A stretch of DNA of 64,000 nucleotides from a virus (IMGVR_UViG_3300013307_000015), one strand, 5' to 3'. Shown: positions 49,482-57,893, numbered from the stretch's first letter. A program made the numbers and translations. Notes: generated from the sequence alone by a model not told the origin.

Positions 49482-49930
49482 CCTTGACTGGAAGTTCTGG
49501 GTAGTTGCGTTAGCGTGGGTTAGTCCACTCCGTCGGGCGCGGCCACTTCGGTCGGCCGCTTTAAAAGTGACCGCTAGACGCATAACGGCCGCGTGGCCCC
49601 CTCGCCTCAAGGGGAGGCGCAAGGACCACGCTTTCGCGTAAAGTCTAGGGGATTGCGAAATCCCGACGGAATCCACCCCTAGACTTCCAGAATCAGATCC
49701 CGATGATCTTCGTTTAAAACTTGTCAGATTTGTCAAGTCAGGCATAGCGGTTGAGAGAACTGAAGACGCACTAGAGAGTCGGTCCTACCTACGTTTGAAT
49801 TCGTAGACCCGATGAGAGTGGACAATACGTCTGGACCAACCAGCACGAAACGCCTTAAGGGGGCCTCCTTGAGAGCTAATCCGACATCCCGTCCTAAGGG
49901 GCGCATCGGACGTAGCCGGAGGACCCTCTT
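49482..49930 (+). ncRNA. candidate large structured non-coding RNA
   Basis: About 470-nt gap with no credible ORF, many nested helices and a 9-bp pseudoknot pairing (see findings). Confidence 0.55.
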
Positions 49931-49951
49931 CCCTATTCGTTGTAAAGTAGC

Positions 49952-50027
49952 GCCGGTTTAGCTCAGTTGGTAGAGCAGCTGATTTGTAATCAGTTGGTCG
50001 TGGGTTCGAATCCTACAACCGGCACCA
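49952..50027 (+). tRNA. tRNA-Thr(UGU)
   Basis: 76 nt; GCCGGTT/AACCGGC acceptor stem, AGCTCAGTTGGTAGAGC D arm, TTTGTAA anticodon loop, GGTTCGAATCC T arm, encoded CCA. Confidence 0.95.
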
Positions 50028-50030
50028 CAT

Positions 50031-50568
50031 GGAAGCGTGGCCGAGAGGTTTAAGGATATTTATGCTTAGCGTAATGGATGTAATCGCGAGGCTAGAGAAA
50101 CTTCATCCTGGTTTCAAAGTCTATGGGCCTTATGCCGATCCGACTGGGCGGAAACGAGTAGTCTTTCGAGAAAGAAAAGGTCATGTTGTCCAGAAAAATG
50201 GACGATCTTTTAGTATGGCTTGGGCGAGGGCAAAGATAGCTGCCCTATTGGAAAGATTGCTTGGCCCCGACGAAGAAGTTGATCATCGAAATACCAATTT
50301 CGCCGATGATTCATGGGATAACCTGCAATTACTTTCACTAAGTGATCATCGAAAGAAATCCGGAATCGAGAATTCTCTGAGGCAAGATAAGCGACCTGTC
50401 GCGATTTGTCCTCATTGTTTGAATCCATTCCTGTGTGAAGTTTATCGACTTGCGATCGCACAGAACAAGGGAAAAGAACCTTGCTGTAGTAGAAAGTGCG
50501 CGATACGTTTGTACGGTGGTAGAAATCAATACACGGAAGCGTGAGTTCGAATCTCACCGCTTCCGCCA
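50031..50568 (+). pseudogene. tRNA-Ser scaffold interrupted by an HNH ORF (5' part 50031-50055, 3' part 50540-50568)
   Basis: GGAAGCGTGGCCGAGAGGTTTAAGG and CGTGAGTTCGAATCTCACCGCTTCCGCCA closely match bacterial tRNA-Ser ends; 7-bp acceptor stem pairs perfectly; anticodon and variable arms absent. Confidence 0.85.
50062..50544 (+). CDS. HNH homing-type endonuclease with C-terminal zinc finger
   Basis: EVDHRNTNFADDSWDNLQLL...H motif; CPHC...CCSRKC; AAGGA RBS; lower GC than neighbours. Confidence 0.85.
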   Translation: MLSVMDVIARLEKLHPGFKVYGPYADPTGRKRVVFRERKGHVVQKNGRSFSMAWARAKIAALLERLLGPDEEVDHRNTNFADDSWDNLQLLSLSDHRKKSGIENSLRQDKRPVAICPHCLNPFLCEVYRLAIAQNKGKEPCCSRKCAIRLYGGRNQYTEA

Positions 50569-50579
50569 TTCATTTTCAA

Positions 50580-50642
50580 ATCAGTTTCCCTATCGGTTCT
50601 CTTCTTAGGCGGAAGGGGCGGATAGGGAAACTGATTTATGCC
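50580..50642 (+). terminator. long hairpin plus TTATGCC closing the tRNA locus
   Basis: ATCAGTTTCCCTATC...GATAGGGAAACTGAT followed by TTATGCC. Confidence 0.7.
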
Positions 50643-50778
50643 GCTAACTCCTTGGAGCACGGCCAGATAGAAATAGGTTCAGGAATGCCTCTAGAACGCG
50701 CCAGAAACGCGTATAAGCGTCTGTCGTATCCTTTTTTATCATACCCCTCAATATTGTAGTACCAAGCCGGGAAAATCG

Positions 50779-51171
50779 ATGCCAAACTATAACGCAACCT
50801 TGATCCAGGATGCCAGCGAGCTGGTTGCGTATCTGAAGGGGCCTCTGGCGTTCGTGTTGGCTAAGTATCACCCCAACACGTATGCGAGTGAGAAACACGT
50901 CTTCGAGTGGATAATACGGGAAGAGATCGAGGTGGTCTACGGTCTATCCTGCATCGGTCACATTCAACGATTAGACCCGTACCGAAAGATACGCAACAAG
51001 CTTGACCGAGCATTATCAGTGCCGCTGGAGCGCTTGATCCCAGCCCACATCAAAGCACCACGTATTTACGAGAACCCATTCGTCCAAGTCGATCTCCACT
51101 ACGCAGACCAGGTAGCGGATCTGTACATTCAGTACTATCGAAATGGCATGCAATCCGATTTGAAATTCTAA
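50779..51171 (+). CDS. hypothetical protein (conserved block between phuZ and DNA polymerase)
   Basis: 130-aa ORF, first of a tightly packed run. Confidence 0.7.
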   Translation: MPNYNATLIQDASELVAYLKGPLAFVLAKYHPNTYASEKHVFEWIIREEIEVVYGLSCIGHIQRLDPYRKIRNKLDRALSVPLERLIPAHIKAPRIYENPFVQVDLHYADQVADLYIQYYRNGMQSDLKF

Positions 51172-51179
51172 GAAACAAC

Positions 51180-51896
51180 ATGGACCTCGCGCTTTTGGAA
51201 GAAATTACCCAGAACGAGCATTCCAGCCGGAAAGCATACATCGACATCCTCGATATAGCCGACCGAATGGAGCGCACGTATGGTCATTACTTCAAACCTT
51301 ACACAGGAGAGCAACTCTACTTCGATTACTCCAGTCGCGCAGTGATGGACTTCAGCAAGAACTCCTACCACATGGTGACGGATAAAGATCCCCTGAAACC
51401 GGGGGAGGTAGTACACGTGCCCGTTAAGTCGTGGAAGGACATAACGAGCCAAGACATTTACGATCAACATGATCGGCTGGTCGTCAGAGCCAAAGATACC
51501 GTCCGGCTCAAAGTCGAACCGTCCGATCCGGTGCGGATGTTGAACTTCATCGAGGATTACGTGAGCGACTACAGTCACTCGCGGATTCCGGTGTTCGAGA
51601 AAGAGGGTAAGGGACTCGTCAACTTGCTCGAAAGTTATCTGTCGGAAGAAATGCTGGCAGATTTCGAGGAGTTGAGGAAGGTGGATCTTCAGGCGGCTGA
51701 GTATTTCATCTCGGAGATCTTCTATCTGCTCGACCCCATTCTTTCAAACGTCCGTGAATTCATGGGTTCAAACAAGTGGGTGATCTATACGGTCCGGCGC
51801 ATGGGGGGTGACTTGGTCATCGATGCGTTTATTGACTATCGGATCTACATCTACCACGAGCGACTGAAACGGGAGTCGCAGGAATGCGAGTCATAA
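51180..51896 (+). CDS. hypothetical protein
   Basis: 238-aa acidic ORF. Confidence 0.75.
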   Translation: MDLALLEEITQNEHSSRKAYIDILDIADRMERTYGHYFKPYTGEQLYFDYSSRAVMDFSKNSYHMVTDKDPLKPGEVVHVPVKSWKDITSQDIYDQHDRLVVRAKDTVRLKVEPSDPVRMLNFIEDYVSDYSHSRIPVFEKEGKGLVNLLESYLSEEMLADFEELRKVDLQAAEYFISEIFYLLDPILSNVREFMGSNKWVIYTVRRMGGDLVIDAFIDYRIYIYHERLKRESQECES

Positions 51897-52330
51897 CCCA
51901 GACGTACTGCATCTCGCTCATGGAACCTGCCATGTTGGCGAAGCAGTACATGCGTGACCACCATCGGTACACTTCAGTAGACTTTCAGCGTGACGGGATG
52001 CTGCTCATTAAAGCGCTCGATTATCCTGCTAAGCTCTTCATGGAGTTGCTCGGTCAAGCGATCTTCAACACTCCGTCGAGTCGGCATGGAGGTGCCGACT
52101 ACGATCTGGAGCAAGCTGAAAAGTTGTTGATCAAAGACGGCATGAAACCGTCGGTGGTTCAGGAATGTGTGCAGCGGGTTTTCGAGATGTGTGTAGACCT
52201 GCTCGCCACTAGTTTTCCAAGCCTCGTCTTCATGGAAGAGGATAAGGTCGAGTTCCAGATGCTCAACGAGTTTGATCTGGTACTCACCTTGTCTGTTCCG
52301 GTACAGTTGATCGAGGATAACCGCTGGTAA
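51884..52330 (+). CDS. hypothetical protein
   Basis: 148 aa, overlaps upstream stop. Confidence 0.72.
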   Translation: MRVITQTYCISLMEPAMLAKQYMRDHHRYTSVDFQRDGMLLIKALDYPAKLFMELLGQAIFNTPSSRHGGADYDLEQAEKLLIKDGMKPSVVQECVQRVFEMCVDLLATSFPSLVFMEEDKVEFQMLNEFDLVLTLSVPVQLIEDNRW

Positions 52331-52337
52331 AGGGGAA

Positions 52338-52808
52338 TTGATGCACGTGATCTTAGATACAGACGATCTAGTCCGTCGCTATACGGCCTACGATCCTCTG
52401 TTTAGCTTCTACGAGAACGGGATCAAAGACATCATCAAAGAAGCCGTCCTGAGAGCTGGCTCGAAAAAGGTCAGTTACTGGGGCGATTATGATTCCGATT
52501 TGGTTTGGGGCTTGTCTTTAGCGGGACTGGTCTCTCGTGATTGGGAGCGCGCAATCGATATGTCCTTGGACCACAGTCCGCACTTGGTGCATGACTACCT
52601 CCAAGGACAAAACAAAATGGATCGAGAAGTGATCCACATCGTCGTCGAGCAGATCGAAGAGGAGGTCGATCAGATGCTGCATCGCCTGACAGACTCGAAT
52701 CGGTTTCGAGTCTCAGAGATGACGGAGGGTCAAGACTCGGCTTGGATAGGTAACGATTTGGTAGTGACTGTAGTTTCACTGCCGGAGGAGTACGATGGGC
52801 CATTATAA
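52338..52808 (+). CDS. hypothetical protein
   Basis: 156-aa acidic ORF, AGGGGA RBS. Confidence 0.72.
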   Translation: MMHVILDTDDLVRRYTAYDPLFSFYENGIKDIIKEAVLRAGSKKVSYWGDYDSDLVWGLSLAGLVSRDWERAIDMSLDHSPHLVHDYLQGQNKMDREVIHIVVEQIEEEVDQMLHRLTDSNRFRVSEMTEGQDSAWIGNDLVVTVVSLPEEYDGPL

Positions 52809-53268
52809 ACAGGCGTGGCTTGAGTTTCAGGAGTTCCCGGAGCAGTTGATTCTGGATTTTGAAGATATCTTCTGGAAGCTGCGTCGGGACGTTTCAATGA
52901 TCTGGTCGCAGCCTGTTGATTGGGACCTTTTCTTTTCCATACTCTTTCCGGAAGCTATCTGTAACGTGGATCGTTGGTGTCAGGCGTCATGGCATCGCGA
53001 TCACCAGAACCTTCACGACTGCGCGGTCAACATGGCGTGCGGTGAGTACGGAATCTTTGAAGGAATCTATGAACCAACAATAATGGATGCCTTAGAGAAG
53101 ATCATCTATCGCGCAGGGCTCGAAATGAAGGAGCGACTCCTGTGCATGGTGGCTTATCATCGGGGCGTCTTCCCTTACACATTCCGAACGATGATTTCCG
53201 ATGGATGTTTATTCTTTTCTAAAAACGAAAGCATCTATGATTCCCGAATTCCTGATCCTCAATTCTGA
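52795..53268 (+). CDS. hypothetical protein
   Basis: GGAGGAG RBS; 157 aa. Confidence 0.72.
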   Translation: MGHYKQAWLEFQEFPEQLILDFEDIFWKLRRDVSMIWSQPVDWDLFFSILFPEAICNVDRWCQASWHRDHQNLHDCAVNMACGEYGIFEGIYEPTIMDALEKIIYRAGLEMKERLLCMVAYHRGVFPYTFRTMISDGCLFFSKNESIYDSRIPDPQF

Positions 53269-53635
53269 AAAGGAGGCGACTGAGTTGGCGTTTCTGACTC
53301 AGTATCTGCCGGTACAGGAAGGCGAGGTCTTTAGAAACATCCTCGAATGCATCGGTTATGACAACGTCGCGGACTTGCAGTTGGAGTCGCATGCTCGTGA
53401 CGTCGAGACCATGATGATCGAGGGTGGCCACGGCGATTATGCCGAATGGACTTCCCGCCTGATTTTGAAACTGGGTCGTGAGATCCTGGGGCAGTTGCGA
53501 AAGCTCAAGGCGTACCACAACGGTTACCTGATCTATTGCTATTATCAGGATCTGAACGGGGATCTGGTGCTGCGCTCGCTTGAGTACGACGATCTTCAGA
53601 TGAACGTCCCCAGCGAAGACGACAAGCTGCATTGA
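53237..53635 (+). CDS. hypothetical protein
   Basis: Likely start MIPEFLIL; similar C-terminus to neighbours. Confidence 0.7.
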   Translation: MIPEFLILNSEKEATELAFLTQYLPVQEGEVFRNILECIGYDNVADLQLESHARDVETMMIEGGHGDYAEWTSRLILKLGREILGQLRKLKAYHNGYLIYCYYQDLNGDLVLRSLEYDDLQMNVPSEDDKLH

Positions 53636-53646
53636 AAGGAGAACAC

Positions 53647-54060
53647 ATGGCGCTTGGTGAGTTGGTAGTTGCACAAGTCATCCCGTCCAATTTCATCCTT
53701 CACACGTCTGATCTCGTGGAGAAGTTCCACAAGGACTTACTCCCTCATTCCGTCAGTAATTACGATCTGCGCGAAATCATCAACCAGATCTCGGATGAAA
53801 TCGACACGAAGGATCGTAAGAAGACGATCCAGTTGTTTCGGAGTCTGCCGCAATTCAATCGTATAGCGTGTAAGCAATTTCTTGACACGGTTGAGCGGCA
53901 ACATCTGCTTAAGGCAGCAACATTCGATTTGGCGGTAGCGATTTACGATCGTCTGGAAGAATTCAGGGCGTTCGATTCCTATCGCTTTGCCAATCGATTC
54001 CCTTATGCCTTCGAGAAGATGGTTGGAAATGACGTAGTCTTTTTCCATATCCCGTATTGA
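53647..54060 (+). CDS. hypothetical protein
   Basis: AAGGAG RBS before ATG 53647. Confidence 0.72.
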   Translation: MALGELVVAQVIPSNFILHTSDLVEKFHKDLLPHSVSNYDLREIINQISDEIDTKDRKKTIQLFRSLPQFNRIACKQFLDTVERQHLLKAATFDLAVAIYDRLEEFRAFDSYRFANRFPYAFEKMVGNDVVFFHIPY

Positions 54061-54087
54061 CCGTGTCGTCACTTTTCGAAGGCGATC

Positions 54088-54504
54088 ATGACGACACAGT
54101 ACCAAATCGGGAGTACGTACTCCTTCCAGGTGTACCCGGTGGCTCAACTGGGGAACAATTTCCAGAACGTGGTGGTGTTGGCAATTCTCGATGCCACCAC
54201 GGTGCAGCAACTGGGCGTTGACATCTGGGGAGTACACAAGAACCTCTACGCGAGTCTGCCGCCGGGTACGCCCAGCGATCCGACCCAGTATCAGTACCTG
54301 CGCCTGAAGCTTCAATCGGGCCAGACGACGATCGTTGCGGTTCCGTGGATCTCCGACTCGACCGTGGAACTCGTCAACGCACAGACCCTGCAAGTGACCA
54401 TCGGCAATGTCGATGCTGCGACGTGGGGACCGCGCGTGCAGTTGGCGCTGGCACAGCTGCTGCCCTCGGGTACACCGATTGACATCTCGGTGAAAAGCAA
54501 CTAA
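54088..54504 (+). CDS. conserved phiKZ-like protein (gp49-like by position)
   Basis: YSFQVYP..LG, H..LY.SLP.GTP.DP and PWI motifs; directly upstream of the DNA polymerase. Confidence 0.72.
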   Translation: MTTQYQIGSTYSFQVYPVAQLGNNFQNVVVLAILDATTVQQLGVDIWGVHKNLYASLPPGTPSDPTQYQYLRLKLQSGQTTIVAVPWISDSTVELVNAQTLQVTIGNVDAATWGPRVQLALAQLLPSGTPIDISVKSN

Positions 54505-54541
54505 GCAATTCCATTGGTCTCGTCTGTTTTTTTAACTGGCC

Positions 54542-54846
54542 ACCCCATGTTGTGCATGAGAGGGTAAGGGCGTAACTGACACGTCCGGATCGCTGGTTCA
54601 ACCCTGCGCTAGTGTGGTCGCGGGGGAGTAGCTAGAACTAGGGTGCTGGGGAGTACCTTGGATCGTCAGTGTTGTACCCGCCGCTGCCTCCTGTATCGGC
54701 CGTCAGCCGTGCCATTGTGCGAAAGCGCTGGCCTGCCGGGGCGCTGAAGGGACTTCACTCACCCCTTTGGCTTGGGATGTGCAGCGGCACCCATTCTTGA
54801 ACGCGTCTGTAGGAAACCTCGGGAGACCTTCGGGTCTCCCTTTTTT
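54542..54846 (+). ncRNA. candidate structured non-coding RNA ending in a strong terminator
   Basis: Multi-helix intergenic region; GGGAGACC-TTCG-GGTCTCCC-TTTTTT at 54821-54846. Confidence 0.5.
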
Positions 54847-54930
54847 CCCCTCAACGTGTTTTTTTTTTGTCGATTCTTTTTTCAGTGGCGGGATCAATAG
54901 TACGAGTGTACCAAACCGGAGCAAAGAAGA

Positions 54931-57141
54931 ATGGAATTGGTGAATCCCTTCGTGCGAAAACCCGAAGAATACAAGCGCGATATCAACGTTCTGAAGCATT
55001 ACCTCGACCAAGCGTCGACCTACCTGTCACTCATGACGGGTCGCTCCTACCTCGACTGCCATAACTACATCAAGGGAACTTTGGCCAAAGGCGGTCGATT
55101 CGAATTCCGTGATCCGAAGATTACCTTCACGGAACGTAACGATCATGGCGATCGTGAGTTGAAAGAGAATACGCTCTCGTGGTTTCTGACCACGAGTGTC
55201 AAAGAGAACGACATCATCGCACCGACGTTCACGACGTATCTGCACCCGAAGAAGAAAAAGTCGCTCTACGCACTTTACATCGGACAGGGCAAGAAACGGC
55301 GCAACAAAGCCAAGCACGAGATGTTCACGGCGGAAATGGCGCGTGATGCGGCGAAGAAGAATGGCCAGCATGCAGAGTGGGTCCGACAGGCTGCGTTGTA
55401 CGACTTCAAGAAGGTGGAACAGGTCTACGCCAAGCAGAAGAACAACTCCCTGTCTGGCGGTCACAACTCGACGTCTACGCCGCTCTTTAACAAGACGGCT
55501 CACTCGACCCTGACCTCAACCTGCCGTGCGACCTCAGGCTATGGCAATGCCAACAACGAGAAGTTCTTGGCTGGTAATCGCCACTACTGGTCGCCTGCGA
55601 TCTGTACGAACAACATCGTCTCGATCATTCGGCACACGGACTACAAGCAATTGGAAGCCGTGATCCAGAAGTACGGGATGTATCTGCCCACCGCTGAAGA
55701 CGTGATCGATGTGATCGATTACTCGGCCAAGCATTACTGGGGTACGACGTGGCGTAACACGGACACGCACATGCGTCTTTACATGCTGGCGAAGAACTTG
55801 TCGCCCTTGCAGCGCGCAGCGTTTGTCTACACGGGTGACTTCTACCACATCCGTAAGTACAACGACGCGTTGGCACGTGAATTGGTCATGCGACTTTCCA
55901 AGCGTGTCGATACGGAGCATCCCGATCCGGACAGCGCATTTAAGCGTTGCTTCGAAGATCAGCGTAACCTCGGCATCACGATCTGCTCGCATGTGACCAA
56001 GGGTATCGATCCGGATAAGCTCAAGGAGCATCCGAAGCCCTACGCAGTTGCTGCCTCGACGATCGAGAACATCTACAGCACGGTGCAGGATTACGCCGAC
56101 TTCATCGGTACGTTCTTTGTGACGGATAACGTGCCTGCATCGATGGCATATTTCCCGGAATCCATCCGACATACCGCGTTGATGTCGGATACGGACTCCA
56201 CGATTTTCACGGCACAGGAATGGGTCGAGTGGGCATTCGGGAAAGTGGGATTTAGCGACGAGGAGAACAACCTCTCGACGACCATGATCTACATGGCGTC
56301 GGCGACGATCACGCACGTGCTTGCTCGCATGTCGGCGAACTTTGGCATCGACAACTCGATGATCCACAACATCGCGATGAAGAACGAGTTCAAGTTCGAC
56401 GTGTTCGTTCCGACCAACGAAGCCAAGCATTACTTCGCAGTCATCTCGTCGCAAGAAGGGAAGGTGTACGACAAGCTCAAGCCCGAGATTAAGGGTGTTC
56501 ACCTGAAGAACTCCAACGTGAACAAGGAGATCATGAAGATCGCCAAGGACACGATGGTGGAGACGATGGAGAACATCATGAAGGGTGAGCTGATTGACCT
56601 GAAGGCTTACCTGAAGAAGTTCGCGGATATCGAGCGTAACATCAAGCACTCGATCGAATTGGGTTCGCACGACTTCTTCCGCTTTGGCCGGGTCAACCCG
56701 CTGGAGTCGTACAAGCGCAAAGAAAAGGAAACGGATGCCGCGTTTCTCTCGCGTACGCCCTATCGTTTCCACACGATGTGGGAAGACGTTTTCGCGCAAG
56801 ACTACGGTCAAGTGCCGCCTCCTCCGTACACCTGTTTGAAACTTTCCACCAATCTGGATACGTCGGGTAAGACGATTGAATGGTTGGCGAAGATGGAAAA
56901 CCGGGCATTGGCGGATCGACTGACTGCGTGGATGAAGAAACACAACAAGCGGTATCTTGGGATGGTGCTGCTGCCGGAACAGATCGTGACGGTGCGAGGA
57001 ATCCCGAAGGAGTTGTTGCAGGTCGTGGACGTGCGCAACATGATCATCGAATCGACGGCTGTCTTTTACAAGATCGCTGAATCGTTCGGGATCTACCTGC
57101 TCAACGATAAAAGGACGAAGCTCTTCTCGGACTACTACTAA
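54931..57141 (+). CDS. DNA polymerase, family-B polymerase subunit of the split phiKZ-type enzyme (gp50-like)
   Basis: K.KNNSLSG (motif B-like), MSDTDST (motif C), MKNEF, KHY and IKGVHL. Confidence 0.88.
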   Translation: MELVNPFVRKPEEYKRDINVLKHYLDQASTYLSLMTGRSYLDCHNYIKGTLAKGGRFEFRDPKITFTERNDHGDRELKENTLSWFLTTSVKENDIIAPTFTTYLHPKKKKSLYALYIGQGKKRRNKAKHEMFTAEMARDAAKKNGQHAEWVRQAALYDFKKVEQVYAKQKNNSLSGGHNSTSTPLFNKTAHSTLTSTCRATSGYGNANNEKFLAGNRHYWSPAICTNNIVSIIRHTDYKQLEAVIQKYGMYLPTAEDVIDVIDYSAKHYWGTTWRNTDTHMRLYMLAKNLSPLQRAAFVYTGDFYHIRKYNDALARELVMRLSKRVDTEHPDPDSAFKRCFEDQRNLGITICSHVTKGIDPDKLKEHPKPYAVAASTIENIYSTVQDYADFIGTFFVTDNVPASMAYFPESIRHTALMSDTDSTIFTAQEWVEWAFGKVGFSDEENNLSTTMIYMASATITHVLARMSANFGIDNSMIHNIAMKNEFKFDVFVPTNEAKHYFAVISSQEGKVYDKLKPEIKGVHLKNSNVNKEIMKIAKDTMVETMENIMKGELIDLKAYLKKFADIERNIKHSIELGSHDFFRFGRVNPLESYKRKEKETDAAFLSRTPYRFHTMWEDVFAQDYGQVPPPPYTCLKLSTNLDTSGKTIEWLAKMENRALADRLTAWMKKHNKRYLGMVLLPEQIVTVRGIPKELLQVVDVRNMIIESTAVFYKIAESFGIYLLNDKRTKLFSDYY

Positions 57142-57290
57142 TGGCTACCGTGCAAGGTTTGCTGATTGGGGGAATTGTCATACTGGTTGCGATGGCGATG
57201 AAAGTGATCTGGATGAAGCCGCCATCCAGAATACCGGAACCGCCGCCGGGCTATTTCGAGTGGCTGAAACAAACATCCGAAAAGGAGTAG
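57141..57290 (+). CDS. small membrane-anchored protein
   Basis: TAATG coupling; MATVQGLLIGGIVILVAMAM hydrophobic N-terminus; below the ORF-track cutoff. Confidence 0.5.
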   Translation: MATVQGLLIGGIVILVAMAMKVIWMKPPSRIPEPPPGYFEWLKQTSEKE

Positions 57291-57294
57291 CTGT

Positions 57295-57714
57295 ATGGAT
57301 CAAGAAGTCGAAATCGTCGTTCGAGGGCCGGTCGGTTCGGGTAAATCAGCACTCCTTGGTGAAATCGAAATCCTGATGCGGGCAATGCGAGTTCCCTATC
57401 GGTTCGACAACCCGGAAGCATGGCAACAAGAACTGAACCTGACTGGCGCAGACTGGCAATCTGAACTGGAACGCACCAAGCCGGTGGTGGTGTTAAAGGA
57501 AGAGGGACTTCGCCAGTTGTCTCCTTTGCAGATTTCCCATGAGAAAGCATATGGGGAAGGACGCGAGGCTTGTTTGCAGAAACAGCCCGTGTTGTCAAAC
57601 CCGTATCTGGCGAAACTGACGTCGAACACGGCGTTTGACGCCATCTTGTGGATGATCGGCTACAACGCACAGTTGTCGGAGATCGTCGACGCACAAAGGG
57701 GTACTACATCGTGA
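57295..57714 (+). CDS. hypothetical protein with Walker-A-like N-terminus and RMF-like C-terminus
   Basis: AAGGAG RBS; GPVGSGKS; AYGEGREA...NPY...WMIGY. Confidence 0.7.
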   Translation: MDQEVEIVVRGPVGSGKSALLGEIEILMRAMRVPYRFDNPEAWQQELNLTGADWQSELERTKPVVVLKEEGLRQLSPLQISHEKAYGEGREACLQKQPVLSNPYLAKLTSNTAFDAILWMIGYNAQLSEIVDAQRGTTS

Positions 57715-57893
57715 TTTCCCATCTTGTCATTTACGGCGGTATCGGTTTTGTCATCGCCTGTGTCGTAGCGGTGCGCTACGGTCCGTGGTTCAAGAAGACC
57801 TCGGCACAAGTCGATCAAACCGTCACCAACGTTACCAACAACATCAAGGACGTGGTGAGCAAGGATGATAAGCAGTCTTCCAACAACGGCTAA
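57711..57893 (+). CDS. small membrane protein
   Basis: GTGA overlap; one TM helix. Confidence 0.55.
   Translation: MISHLVIYGGIGFVIACVVAVRYGPWFKKTSAQVDQTVTNVTNNIKDVVSKDDKQSSNNG

Noticed and set aside
49755-49855. Hammerhead-like words (CTGAAGA, CCGATGA, CGAAAC)
   Set aside because: Stems I-III and the NUH cleavage site could not be assembled in canonical geometry.
49479-49950. tmRNA, RNase P RNA or 6S RNA identity for the structured region
   Set aside because: No tRNA-Ala-like ends, no RNase P P4 consensus and no single long 6S-type rod recognisable.
50056-50539. Group I or II intron in tRNA-Ser
   Set aside because: The insert is nearly all ORF, no ribozyme core motifs are visible, and the anticodon and variable-arm exon sequences are missing, so splicing could not rebuild a tRNA.
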